A stretch of DNA of 64,000 nt from Candidatus Gottesmanbacteria bacterium UBA5942 (GCA_002430725.1 DJCU01000008.1:393-64392), one strand, 5' to 3'. Shown: positions 36,233 to 46,106, counted from the stretch's first letter. The notes: generated from the letters alone by a model not told the origin. Numbers and translations: made by a program.

Positions 36233-37435
36233 ATGAAAACATTGCTACAACCATTTCATTTATCCCGAACAGCAAAAAAAAGTATACAAAAGCATTTACC
36301 AAGGTTAAAAACCGAACACATACATCCATATCGTATTCCGGTCAGTTGCCCTGATATTTCTGAAAAAGAAGAGCGTTATGTTCGGCTCGCTATGGAATCA
36401 AAATGGATATCGGGAAAAGGTCCGTATGTAGAAAAATTTGAACAACTGTTTGCTTCTCAGGTGTCCCATACCAAATACGCGATAGCGGTAAATAGTGGTA
36501 CGAGTGCGCTTCATTTGTCGTTACTCGCCTGTAATATCGGTCCTGGCGATGAGGTGATTATTCCAACATTTACGATGATTGCAACAGCAAATGCGGTGAG
36601 ATATACCGGTGCTACTCCCGTATGTGTTGACGCTGATTTGGCTACATGGAATATGGACGTGACAAAAATTGAAGCAAGGATTACAAAACGGACAAAAGCG
36701 ATAGCGCCCGTACATATTTACGGTTTACCTGTTGATATGCATCCAATTCAAAAGCTGGCAAAAAAATATGGGCTGTGGGTCATTGAGGATGCCGCAGAAG
36801 CCCATGGAGCAGAGTATCGCGGTCATAGGGTCGGTGGGTTGGGTGATGTGGCGGCATTTTCATTTTTTGCGAACAAAATTATTACCACCGGTGAAGGCGG
36901 TATGATTACGACCAATAATAAGAAAATTGCGCATGTTGTAAGGACGCTTCGGGGACATGCGTTTACGCGTGATTATCATTTTTGGCATCAGTATGTGGGA
37001 TATAGTTATGAAATGACTAATCTTGCAGCAGGAGTAGGACTAGGGCAAACAGAGCGGTTTCGTACATTTGTCGCAAAGCGGAAAAAGCACGCGATGTTGT
37101 ACACCAAATTACTGCATGGAATTCCTGGCATTACCACCCCACCTCAATTGCGTGGATATGTTTCAGCAAATTGGATGTATGGCGTATTGGTAGATAGCAC
37201 GAAGTATGGAGTCAATAGAAATGATTTGCGGATGATCCTTGCAAAGAAAGGTATTGAAACACGACCATTTTTTGTGCCGATACACATGCAACCACCGTAT
37301 CAGTTAGCGTCTGTTGGCTCTTACCCTGTATCCGAAAAGTTGTGTTGTGACGGGCTATATTTACCGTCAGGGAGCACACTAACAGATGATGAAATTACCT
37401 ATGTCGCAACCATTATTCGGAAAACTCAGAAATAG
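36233..37435 (+). CDS. DegT/DnrJ/EryC1-family sugar aminotransferase, second copy
   Basis: IPVSCPDISEKEERYVRLAMESKWISGKGPYVEKFE, EDAAEAHGA and FSFFANKIITTGEGGMITT match the family. Confidence 0.8.
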   Translation: MKTLLQPFHLSRTAKKSIQKHLPRLKTEHIHPYRIPVSCPDISEKEERYVRLAMESKWISGKGPYVEKFEQLFASQVSHTKYAIAVNSGTSALHLSLLACNIGPGDEVIIPTFTMIATANAVRYTGATPVCVDADLATWNMDVTKIEARITKRTKAIAPVHIYGLPVDMHPIQKLAKKYGLWVIEDAAEAHGAEYRGHRVGGLGDVAAFSFFANKIITTGEGGMITTNNKKIAHVVRTLRGHAFTRDYHFWHQYVGYSYEMTNLAAGVGLGQTERFRTFVAKRKKHAMLYTKLLHGIPGITTPPQLRGYVSANWMYGVLVDSTKYGVNRNDLRMILAKKGIETRPFFVPIHMQPPYQLASVGSYPVSEKLCCDGLYLPSGSTLTDDEITYVATIIRKTQK

Positions 37436-39005
37436 GTTCTGCGACAATTGATTGATCGCGGAGGATAAAAATATACGCTCTTCCGACCTTTTTTGTTTCC
37501 AGTGTTGTGTAGCGTTTTGTGCCAATAATAGGTTTGATGCAATTAGCTTCGGCATCAGGGATGCTGGTAAACCGCTGACAGATAGCATACATATAGGTTT
37601 TTAAAATCGGAAATCGATATTCAAATTCAGGTTCGTTACCTTCGCGCTTGAGAGGAACTGAGATGGTGTGATTTTCAATAAGCCAATAAAGCACTCGGTA
37701 TATCGCATACGAGCTGTTATCAGGGTTTAACGGAACTTTATGAAAAAATCCGGTGTTATGTTGGGTAAGTCTGCGTTCGTCCATGGAGTGTTTGATAAAT
37801 TGGGCAATAGCGATAGTCTCTGATGTCTCATTAATGATGCGTCCGGTGATATACGGAGAAAATCCGCTGATATTGAGCAAGCTGTAGATGAATATGATTA
37901 TGACTGCAAGTGTTTTTTGGAAACCTTTTGCGTTGAGCGCCTGTTGAACGCTCATCCCAGTTATAAGAAACATAAATGGAAGATATGCCCACATGCGGTG
38001 GTCGTGCACATCCTGCTGGTAAAGCAATAAAAACACTAACCCCATGGCAAGCATCTCAGGAGCCAAAAATGCGCGGGTTGTTTTGGAAAATGTATGCCAT
38101 TTTATCATCGCGGTAAACAGGATAATGGTAAATGCGGTGATATAAAAAGCCTCGTTGGGAAAATATATGTGAGCGGAGAGAAAGGAAGAGAAAAAAAAGA
38201 AAATATTTTCACTTATTCCGGTAATAATGGTGTGAAGGTTAACATGTGCGGAAAGTGACCCCGTAAACGTGAACGATGGCAACTCGTGATTGATTTCAAA
38301 AATAATCTGAGGTGTATAGATGGCTATAAAGGTAATAATGAGGGTGGCACCTGAAAAAAGTAATGACTGAAACGCTGATCGTTTACCGATGTTTCTATAC
38401 CAACGGGTGATTTGATACCCCATGTAAGGAAGTAGCAGTATGGGCGATGGGTACACCGAAAGGGCAATCATATAGCTCGTTGTAGAAATCCATAACGCGG
38501 TGAGATTTTTGCGATTGAATGCGCGCCAAAGGCACAGGAGGCTTATGATAATAAAAAGTTGCATGGGAAACGGCTGCCAGAATTGCCTGCTGTGGTCTAT
38601 CATGATAAGCGATATAGCAAAAAGTCCTCCCACAATAAAGGCTAATCGCTTCCCACCCATATTCCAGGCAAGTTTCATAAGAAGAATAAGAGATATGATA
38701 TTCATGAAAAAATAGCCAATAACGATACCGCTTACTGATTGCGTCAGGTGGTATAAGAACCATGTGAGGTAGTAGTATGTCGGAGGTGTGTAGAAATCTT
38801 TTAGGCTCAAAAATGGTCCGACAAGTGGCAAATGCCCCATGTGTTCCATGTGCCAGATGACAATAAGATCCATGCCCTGATCTCCGCGAAAGCGTATGGT
38901 TTCTGTAATTCGATAAAGTCGAACGATAATGGCGATCAAGACAGGAAATGCCATGAGGAGCAGCTCATGGAAGCGAAGTGTTTTTCTGAGGATTTGTTTT
39001 TTCAT
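37413..39005 (-). CDS. ArnT/PMT-like polytopic membrane glycosyltransferase candidate
   Basis: It has at least 12 TM helices. It overlaps the convergent DegT gene by 23 nt and the next minus gene by 4 nt. Confidence 0.5.
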   Translation of the reverse strand: MKKQILRKTLRFHELLLMAFPVLIAIIVRLYRITETIRFRGDQGMDLIVIWHMEHMGHLPLVGPFLSLKDFYTPPTYYYLTWFLYHLTQSVSGIVIGYFFMNIISLILLMKLAWNMGGKRLAFIVGGLFAISLIMIDHSRQFWQPFPMQLFIIISLLCLWRAFNRKNLTALWISTTSYMIALSVYPSPILLLPYMGYQITRWYRNIGKRSAFQSLLFSGATLIITFIAIYTPQIIFEINHELPSFTFTGSLSAHVNLHTIITGISENIFFFFSSFLSAHIYFPNEAFYITAFTIILFTAMIKWHTFSKTTRAFLAPEMLAMGLVFLLLYQQDVHDHRMWAYLPFMFLITGMSVQQALNAKGFQKTLAVIIIFIYSLLNISGFSPYITGRIINETSETIAIAQFIKHSMDERRLTQHNTGFFHKVPLNPDNSSYAIYRVLYWLIENHTISVPLKREGNEPEFEYRFPILKTYMYAICQRFTSIPDAEANCIKPIIGTKRYTTLETKKVGRAYIFILRDQSIVAEPISEFSE

Positions 39006-40204
39006 GTATGGTGATATGATTTTTGCTTGGTATGTAAAATACCGAGGTAGGCAAGTTCATCTTGTATCGATCTGATCTTTTTTTCCCATGTGTTTTCTTT
39101 CGCAATATGTTTCATTTGTCGGAAATGATGTGAGGAGGGCGGGTGTCGAAGTGCTTGCTGTATGGCGCGAGTCCAATCGGTATTGTTTCGTGCCACGCGA
39201 ATAAGAGGAGTGAGCCTCATGAGTTCATAAATTGGGGCAGTCACGATTGGTTTTTGTGCGTAAAAATATTCCATAATTTTCATAGGATATGCATAGCGAC
39301 TGAGCGGAACACTCATGTCATATGGAATAACGGCAACGGAGAATTGAGAAAGAATAGAGGGAATATGTCGCGGGTTGACTTGCGTGTGATACACATTGGG
39401 GAGAGCGAGGAGATTTGTCATTAATGTTCGTAATGACGGGGTAAAGTGGTCATAAAACAGAGGGCCAATGAGCGCAAATTGCCATGAGGGATGATGTGTT
39501 GCGAGATTATGTAATAATCTAAAATTAACGCGGTAGTCGATAGATCCGATAAATCCGATAATCGGGCGATCTTTAGAAAGTGGAAGTGAATATTTCGAAG
39601 GGCGAGTGAACATATCAATCCGAAAGCCTAGTGGCACGCGGATGACATCTGGGCGAACAGGCTTGAGTTTTCGAACGAGTGTGTGTGAATTCGTAACTAC
39701 CAGTGAGGCATGAGAGAGTAATGACTTTTCCGCCTTTTTAAGGTAGTGGGCGAGCGATGGGTGAGGGTTTGTCGCGATATCCACGCAGTCATAAATAGTT
39801 GTATGCAATCGAAAGAGGGGGGGGAGGAGGAGAAAGACAGGGTCAAAATAACCAAAAAACCAGAAAATTATTGTTCTTTTTTGATAAATAGAAATTATTG
39901 AACAAATAATATACGCAACAAGAGCGTTAAGAAAAAGATTGATATATTGTATCCATTGAATTCGTTTGCCCGGGATAAGATACAGTGGTTGCATTTTCCA
40001 TAGATTGCCCCTTTTTATCAGTGGGCGATACTGTTGTGTCCGGGTTACTAATTCTTTTATCGAAACGCTATCACCCCAAAGAAAGCAAAATACCATGTGG
40101 CTTTTTGACAATATGCGGGCGGTTTGATTGGCATAGTCTGTATGCCAATTCCACGGGTTATGAAAAGGAATGAATATCAAGGATGTTGCTTGCTGTTTCC
40201 CCAT
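39002..40204 (-). CDS. GT-B fold glycosyltransferase (GT4-like)
   Basis: The C-terminal IGFIGSIDYRVNF...YPMKIMEYFYAQKPIVTAPIYEL resembles the GT4 E-x7-E region. Confidence 0.5.
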   Translation of the reverse strand: MGKQQATSLIFIPFHNPWNWHTDYANQTARILSKSHMVFCFLWGDSVSIKELVTRTQQYRPLIKRGNLWKMQPLYLIPGKRIQWIQYINLFLNALVAYIICSIISIYQKRTIIFWFFGYFDPVFLLLPPLFRLHTTIYDCVDIATNPHPSLAHYLKKAEKSLLSHASLVVTNSHTLVRKLKPVRPDVIRVPLGFRIDMFTRPSKYSLPLSKDRPIIGFIGSIDYRVNFRLLHNLATHHPSWQFALIGPLFYDHFTPSLRTLMTNLLALPNVYHTQVNPRHIPSILSQFSVAVIPYDMSVPLSRYAYPMKIMEYFYAQKPIVTAPIYELMRLTPLIRVARNNTDWTRAIQQALRHPPSSHHFRQMKHIAKENTWEKKIRSIQDELAYLGILHTKQKSYHHT

Positions 40205-40265
40205 ATGTTTTTTCGCACCTTATTCTAAGCGAGAAACTTCTGGGCGTAAAGCGCTGGGGTAGCGA

Positions 40266-41063
40266 TTAATAAAATATATCTTCACCATTGGGGATCGTTG
40301 TTTTGTGCAGTTCTTTAACCGGTATACGGTTTCCTCCGATGTATAAAATTTTTAGATTTGGCGGAAGTACACGAGGAAATTCGCGTAGACGGTTGCCCGT
40401 AAGATCAAGTTCGGTGAGATTAGTGAGATATTGCATGCTGGCAGGTAATTCTTCAAGTTTGTTGTATGCCAAGCTAAGCGTCGTCAGATTGGTCAGGTTG
40501 CCGATTGATTCTGGTAGTCGGGAAATGCGGTTGCCTTCGAGATTAAGTATTTCGAGCGTTGAAATATCACCGATTTGCGTAGGAACTTCGGTAACCCGGG
40601 TATTTCTGATGGTTATTTGTTTAACATTTGTAAAAAGATTTATATTTGTAGGAAGTGATTCAAGTGGCGTATCTTCAATCAGAAGTAAGGTTACCCATGG
40701 CATGGGTTTTTGTAATGGTAATGTGCGTAATAGGTCGGTGCCGTCGAATATAAGTTCTTCTGTGGACGTTTTGGTGAGGTCGGGGTGATTATCTAATATA
40801 CGGAGAAAAAATGTTTGCGGTGAATATACTGCTTGCTGGTGAATTATCCGCTCCGGAAGTATATGTGCAAGATAAAAAAGTTGGGTAAACACCGCCAGCC
40901 ACATGTATACACTGATAGTCGCGATAACACATCCCACCAGTGACCACAATGCTATTTGGCGTATGTTAATGAGGCGATGAGTTTTGGGTTTTGCCGTGGG
41001 GACTATTGCTGCCGTGGAAGGCGCAAATGCGGTGGGTGATGGGGGGACAGGTTGCTCTTGCAT
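40266..41063 (-). CDS. Membrane-anchored leucine-rich-repeat protein
   Basis: The N-terminal TM helix WSLVGCVIATISVYMWLAVF is followed by LRR units: ISTLEILNLEGNRISRLPESIGNLTNLTTLSLAYNKLEELPASMQYLTNLTELDLTGNRLREFP. Confidence 0.7.
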   Translation of the reverse strand: MQEQPVPPSPTAFAPSTAAIVPTAKPKTHRLINIRQIALWSLVGCVIATISVYMWLAVFTQLFYLAHILPERIIHQQAVYSPQTFFLRILDNHPDLTKTSTEELIFDGTDLLRTLPLQKPMPWVTLLLIEDTPLESLPTNINLFTNVKQITIRNTRVTEVPTQIGDISTLEILNLEGNRISRLPESIGNLTNLTTLSLAYNKLEELPASMQYLTNLTELDLTGNRLREFPRVLPPNLKILYIGGNRIPVKELHKTTIPNGEDIFY

Positions 41064-41066
41064 GAT

Positions 41067-41096
41067 TTGTTATACGTTGTAACTCTACGTTACAAT
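41067..41096 (+). promoter_or_regulatory. Putative promoter TTGTTA-N18-TACAAT for 41105 (+), leaderless-type
   Basis: TTGTTA is at 41067-41072 and TACAAT at 41091-41096. The ATG is 8 nt downstream. The whole divergent intergenic region is only 41 nt. Confidence 0.35.
41077..41095. promoter_or_regulatory. Perfect 7-bp inverted repeat TTGTAAC-N5-GTTACAA (candidate operator) in the divergent promoter region
   Basis: TTGTAAC sits at 41077-41083 and GTTACAA at 41089-41095, read directly from the sequence. They overlap the predicted -10 and -35 elements of both divergent genes. Confidence 0.35.
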
Positions 41097-41104
41097 AGTA
41101 TTGT

Positions 41105-41674
41105 ATGGATTCTGCCCCACAACATGCAAATGCGTTATCTGTGCCCGTAACAGAGTTAACAAAACCCCGGAAACAATTTTCAGCGGTGATTACCCAGGGA
41201 TTTAGCGTAATCCTTATAGGATTGATAGTAGGTGGAGTTATTACTGCTGCATTGTGGTTTTTGCCATACACTCGCGTTGTCATTAACAGTCAGCCAGCGA
41301 GTCCTACAATTCTCGTGCAGTCAGCTCGTTTGGCAAAAGATGGATTTATTGTGTTGTATGCAATCACCGAATCAGGATCACAGATTGTCGGGCTTTCAAC
41401 TCGTTTGCAGTCTGGGTACTATCGTAATTTTATCATTCCAATTTCAAGAGAATCTGTTTATCCTGAGGGCGTGAGATCATTTGTAATGAGGGTGTTTGTG
41501 GATGATGGAGATTTGGTATTTGATGAAATCATTGATACCCCTGTGAAAACGTGGAGTGGTGTTATATACCAAAAGCGTTTTTGGTTTTTATATCCCGACC
41601 GATCATTTCGTCAATGGTATCGTATTTTTATAAGTAACCCTCTGTCAGTGTTGGGAGATATGATTATCCCATGA
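41105..41674 (+). CDS. Hypothetical N-terminally anchored protein
   Basis: A TM helix FSVILIGLIVGGVITAALWFL is followed by a beta-rich soluble domain. Confidence 0.5.
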   Translation: MDSAPQHANALSVPVTELTKPRKQFSAVITQGFSVILIGLIVGGVITAALWFLPYTRVVINSQPASPTILVQSARLAKDGFIVLYAITESGSQIVGLSTRLQSGYYRNFIIPISRESVYPEGVRSFVMRVFVDDGDLVFDEIIDTPVKTWSGVIYQKRFWFLYPDRSFRQWYRIFISNPLSVLGDMIIP

Positions 41675-41710
41675 CGCATCTTTTATGATTTCTTCGGGAA
41701 TAATTTTGAT

Positions 41711-43192
41711 GTGATAGAATCAACCCAGATGAAACCGGCTTCGCGCACGCTTATTTTTGCTACGCTGTTGTTTTATGGGTCGCTTGTTATCGCACCGCAT
41801 AAAATTGCTGTTTTTTTATTTACTTTCTGTTATTTTTTCATCCTCTGGCGGCTCATGAGGCATTTTCGACTTGCTCTTATGACGCTGTACCTTACGCTGA
41901 TTCCCATTCTTGTCGGGAAGCTGTTTGATATTGATTTGATTTCTGGAAAGGAGCTTGGAATCCCTGGGAGGGATTTCGGCATAGCCGCGGATATCGTTAT
42001 TACAATATCTGACATCACAGTCGCCCTAATGGGGGTATTGCTGGTAGGTGCCTCCTTACGGAAGGAGTCTTTCAATCGCCAGTATCCTTTTTTGGAGCTT
42101 ATATTGTTTTTGTATGCTGTAGGCACGGTGGTCGCGACACTTATGGGGTCGGTGCGGCCAGATATCTCCATTGTGCATAGCGTATTTGCATTAAAACCGT
42201 TGATTCTGTATTACTTTTTTTCGCTGCAGCCCACGTTGCGTCCCGCAGTAGTCATTTCGGTGTTTACCGCCGGACTTTTTTTCGAACTTGGTATTGTGAT
42301 GGGGCAGGTGCTGAAGGGTGGGTCCATAGGGCTTGTCATCGAAACAATCGGTAATTATATCGTCATCGATCGGTCGCTTGATGCCGCTGGGCTGCTTCGG
42401 TACGGGGGAACCTATATGCACGCCAATGCGTTGGCGCATGCGATGCTTATTCCGTTTTGTTTTTCTGTGTCTGCGTTGTTTTATTCGTACGGGAAAAAAG
42501 ACCGGCTGATTTTTTCGGGATTTTTTGCCGGCCTTATTGTGGTTATTTTGACGATGAGCAGATCGGTATGGTTGAGTGTGGTATTTGGGCTCAGTGTTTT
42601 TTTTATTTTCACCCGATTCGTATGGCGCTATAAATTAAAGCTAATTATCGTGCTTACACTGGCACAGCGTAGTGTCCTGGTTGGTGTCATAGTCGTATTA
42701 GGAATACTCATGATGCCGCGTCTTGTCAGTACCTTATATTCCGGTGGGCTATATGGAAGTATAGAAACTCGCTCAATGCTTCTTAAGGAGTACACACAGT
42801 CGCTATCAACAAATTTGATGGCAGGAGTCGGACTGGAAATGGATGTGTATATGCAGTATCTACGGGCGAGTCATTTTGGAAGCCGCAATATTGATGCACC
42901 GAACCGTTCTGTGCTGCTTTATTTCCCGGAACCCGTTCACAATGGTTTTTTACGACTGCTTATTCAGGTGGGGTTGATAGGGGCAGTTCCTTATTATCTC
43001 CTTGTGTTTTCGTTGGGGTACGTGCTTTATAGAAAGTTGCTGAGGGTTACATCAGTAATGCACCGGTTTTTTGGTGCGTCTTTGATGGCGGCTTACATTG
43101 CCATGATTGTCAACGGATTTATGCAGCCGATTCTTCCTGATATGCCCGTTTTGACCGCGCTTGTTATGATATACTTATCAGATTCGGTATGA
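41711..43192 (+). CDS. O-antigen ligase / Wzy_C-family polytopic membrane protein
   Basis: It has about 12 TM helices. LIVVILTMSRSVWLSVVFGL resembles the Wzy_C signature (TgSRga.l). Confidence 0.55.
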   Translation: MIESTQMKPASRTLIFATLLFYGSLVIAPHKIAVFLFTFCYFFILWRLMRHFRLALMTLYLTLIPILVGKLFDIDLISGKELGIPGRDFGIAADIVITISDITVALMGVLLVGASLRKESFNRQYPFLELILFLYAVGTVVATLMGSVRPDISIVHSVFALKPLILYYFFSLQPTLRPAVVISVFTAGLFFELGIVMGQVLKGGSIGLVIETIGNYIVIDRSLDAAGLLRYGGTYMHANALAHAMLIPFCFSVSALFYSYGKKDRLIFSGFFAGLIVVILTMSRSVWLSVVFGLSVFFIFTRFVWRYKLKLIIVLTLAQRSVLVGVIVVLGILMMPRLVSTLYSGGLYGSIETRSMLLKEYTQSLSTNLMAGVGLEMDVYMQYLRASHFGSRNIDAPNRSVLLYFPEPVHNGFLRLLIQVGLIGAVPYYLLVFSLGYVLYRKLLRVTSVMHRFFGASLMAAYIAMIVNGFMQPILPDMPVLTALVMIYLSDSV

Positions 43193-44061
43193 AAAAACCT
43201 TTCCGGTGGCGCAAAGTAGGATTTATTGAATATTTTGGTATTGTCTTGTTTCTGTTGGTTGCGGCATTTGTCTACGTTTATGTGTCTCCGAAATCGAGTG
43301 ATATTTTGGTTACCCTGCGTGTCGCTGAAAAAGATTTAATCTGGTTGGATAACGGGTCGCCGCGGGGGATACGGGCAAGCACGATTAAAGAAGGGATGAA
43401 AGAGGTGGATGTATTCGGGAGAGTTATTGCGGAGGTTGTGAAGGTTCGATCGTTCAGTCAGCCCCAGACCGAATCGGTATATCTGAATAAAAAAACCGTC
43501 TATGTCACGCTGAGACTCCGCGCGCAATATAACAAACAAAAAAAACAATACCGGTTTCAAGGAACCGTTTTACAGGCAAGCGATTGGCTGCGCGTAACGA
43601 TCCAGTCAACTATTGTGAACGGTGTTTTGGTGATGGTGCCTGCAAAAGAATCACCTCCTCCTTATTATGTGACCCTGAAGACACAAGTAAAGCTGGAGAA
43701 CCCGTTTCTCTACGAGCCCTTCAACGAAACGACCGGTGTTGATCCGTACGTAGCAGACGCGATAACTGTCGGGGAAAAAGCTACGGATTCTGACGGTTTT
43801 GTACTCGCGGAGGTGTTGGAGAAAACAGTGCGTCCTGCCTCGATTATTGTCGGCGATCAATACGGAAATATTTTTGAGCGGCAGCACCCTCGGAAAGTTG
43901 ATATTTTTCTTACTATCCGTGTCGCAGCACAGGAGATTGATGGTCAGCTGTATTATTTGGATACCATTCCTTTGCAGGTAAACTTGCCAGTGCCACTTTT
44001 TCTCAAAAACATTACCGTAGAGCCGAGGATTGTAGAGATTGTCTCCGTTGAGTCGCCTTAA
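43189..44061 (+). CDS. Hypothetical N-terminally anchored protein
   Basis: TM helix IEYFGIVLFLLVAAFVYVYV. It overlaps the upstream gene by 4 nt. Confidence 0.5.
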   Translation: MKKPFRWRKVGFIEYFGIVLFLLVAAFVYVYVSPKSSDILVTLRVAEKDLIWLDNGSPRGIRASTIKEGMKEVDVFGRVIAEVVKVRSFSQPQTESVYLNKKTVYVTLRLRAQYNKQKKQYRFQGTVLQASDWLRVTIQSTIVNGVLVMVPAKESPPPYYVTLKTQVKLENPFLYEPFNETTGVDPYVADAITVGEKATDSDGFVLAEVLEKTVRPASIIVGDQYGNIFERQHPRKVDIFLTIRVAAQEIDGQLYYLDTIPLQVNLPVPLFLKNITVEPRIVEIVSVESP

Positions 44062-44072
44062 TTCGCAGAATT

Positions 44073-44103
44073 ACACATACGCCGCTCATTCGAGTTTATG
44101 TGT
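44073..44103. terminator. Weak bidirectional terminator candidate between convergent genes (ACACATA-N17-TATGTGT)
   Basis: A 7-bp AT-rich inverted repeat at 44073-44079 / 44097-44103. The right arm overlaps the stop codon of the minus gene. There is no clear U-tract. Confidence 0.2.
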
Positions 44104-45208
44104 GAGGTGTATTAGGGGAGTGTTTTGCGCGCTGATTTTTTATCGCTGCCTGGATGTAAGTGGCAAGCCTCTTGCGAAATACTTGTTTGCTGTATTGTTT
44201 CGCATGCCGATATAGTCGCGTTGATGAAAACTGCATGTGCGATATCCGTTGTATGGCGGTCATCAGGCTTTTTACTGTGTGCTTACGAAAAAATACTCCG
44301 GTAACTCCATCTTTCAGTGTCTCTTTCGGGCCGCCGCCATAGTAAGCGATCACTGGAACACCATGTGCTAATGCTTCCAGTGGTGCAATGCCGAAATCCT
44401 CCTTTTTTGATGGAAAAAGAAATGCGATGGTGCTTTGATACAGTGTTCTGATTTCTTTATCGGATTTGAAACCAAGAAACTGAACGGTCGGGCCAGCAAT
44501 CTCCCGCAGGAATTGTTCGTATCTGGGCTCATTGGTGACACCCACAATGCGAAGCGGGACACCAAGCTTTGTACACGCTTTTACTGCGAGTTCTAGGTGT
44601 TTATCGCGGTCTAGCCGAGATACACAGAGGAAAAACTCCGGTTTACTGCGCTTGGGTAATACCGTAGGGATTTGTACAGGGGGAGGGAGGATGTGCGCGT
44701 GAATACCAAATAGTCTCCGTATCGTTTGTTGCATGTGTCGGGAGCTCGTCAGAATAAACGGAGTATTGGTAATTGCCTGGCGATATTTAGGTGCGATGTA
44801 TTGGTCATAATGAGTCAATCGCATCAAGGGAGTCTTTGGTAGTAGTCCAAATAGTGATTTGGGAATTGTATGGATATACTGAATATGTACACTATGAGGG
44901 GCATTGATCATGTTACACATCAGGGTGCAGGCACTGGAAAGGACCAAATCATAGCGAGATAAGTCTATTTTCCCCCACAGATATGGAGCCATAACCTGCA
45001 TCAGGGAACGGTGGGTAGAGATCAGTGATAGAATTTGCCATCGTGTCTGAAGCACAAATGTTTGTCTGGCTAAAAAATTCTGCACCACCCATTTTTCCGC
45101 AAATGACGTGATGCAAACCGCCTTGGGGAACATTTCAAGCATGGTGAGCGTTACTCGTTCTGCTCCACCGAAATCGTCAAATGTGTCATTTATGATGGCG
45201 ATATTCAT
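44096..45208 (-). CDS. GT4-family GT-B glycosyltransferase
   Basis: EDFGIAPLEALAHGVPVIAYYGGGPKETLKDGVTGVFF is the canonical GT4 E-x7-E/nucleotide-sugar motif. The ORF track starts at 45280; I prefer the internal ATG at 45208 (MNIAIINDTFDDFGGAER), which reduces the overlap with the GT2 gene to 23 nt. Confidence 0.75.
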   Translation of the reverse strand: MNIAIINDTFDDFGGAERVTLTMLEMFPKAVCITSFAEKWVVQNFLARQTFVLQTRWQILSLISTHRSLMQVMAPYLWGKIDLSRYDLVLSSACTLMCNMINAPHSVHIQYIHTIPKSLFGLLPKTPLMRLTHYDQYIAPKYRQAITNTPFILTSSRHMQQTIRRLFGIHAHILPPPVQIPTVLPKRSKPEFFLCVSRLDRDKHLELAVKACTKLGVPLRIVGVTNEPRYEQFLREIAGPTVQFLGFKSDKEIRTLYQSTIAFLFPSKKEDFGIAPLEALAHGVPVIAYYGGGPKETLKDGVTGVFFRKHTVKSLMTAIQRISHMQFSSTRLYRHAKQYSKQVFRKRLATYIQAAIKNQRAKHSPNTPHT

Positions 45209-46106
45209 AGAATTTGACCACATGATACCAAAGTTTACCGATGCGTGAAACGGTAGGAAAGATGATGAGAAGTAGCCCATAATAGAACTGCTGGAGTATA
45301 GGAAATCTCTGTGCCGAGCAAATCTCCTTGATAAACCATACAGGGAAAAATGTTGGGTATGGGGATGCCCGTAAATCTACTTTATACTCATCTATGGTAC
45401 ATGCATCAGAATACCCATTCCAGAACGCTGCAGTCCATAGTGGGCCAAACGAAACTCTTGGGGTTGCATGCGCGATAATGGTAGGGTCAAAATAAATTGT
45501 TTTTCCTGCTTGTACGAGACGAAGGCCGAGCTCTACATCGTCATTTCGGTATCTACGGTGTCGTTCGGGAAATCCAAAGGAAAGAAGGGTAGATCGTCTG
45601 ATACCCATGACTTCACAATCGAGTATTCTACCCCAGAGAAGGGGAACGGCTCGTTTTAGTCCGGGAAAAAAATGATTTAATCCTCGCTGGTAGTAGGCAA
45701 ATTGAGTTGCCGCGTATATATTGTCTTCGTGTGAGTTTGTTATGCGCCCAATAACCGCAGTAAGAGTAGGGTCTCTTTGGAAATGTTTTTGAAACTTTGC
45801 TAGGTACTTGCGGTCTGCAACGCAGTCATCATCCAAGTAAACGACAATATCTCCATGTGCTGTTTTTGCCCCAAGTGTACGTCCATAAGGAATAGAGTGT
45901 TTCGTATTTCTTTTGATGATATGGAGTGTGTTGGTGTGTGACTTGATGACCGCAACCGTTTGTTTGTGAAGTTGGGTTGATCCGTCTACTATGACGACTT
46001 CAATAGGTTGTGTTTTCTGTTTGTGAATTGAGGTAAGTGCCTTTTCTAATAGGTGTGGGCGATCGCTGGTAAGGATAATAACACTGATAGTTGGCGGTTT
46101 ATTCAT
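45186..46106 (-). CDS. GT2 glycosyltransferase
   Basis: ISVIILTSDRPHLLEKALTSIHKQ and VYLDDDCV match the family. Confidence 0.7.
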   Translation of the reverse strand: MNKPPTISVIILTSDRPHLLEKALTSIHKQKTQPIEVVIVDGSTQLHKQTVAVIKSHTNTLHIIKRNTKHSIPYGRTLGAKTAHGDIVVYLDDDCVADRKYLAKFQKHFQRDPTLTAVIGRITNSHEDNIYAATQFAYYQRGLNHFFPGLKRAVPLLWGRILDCEVMGIRRSTLLSFGFPERHRRYRNDDVELGLRLVQAGKTIYFDPTIIAHATPRVSFGPLWTAAFWNGYSDACTIDEYKVDLRASPYPTFFPVWFIKEICSAQRFPILQQFYYGLLLIIFPTVSRIGKLWYHVVKFYEYRHHK

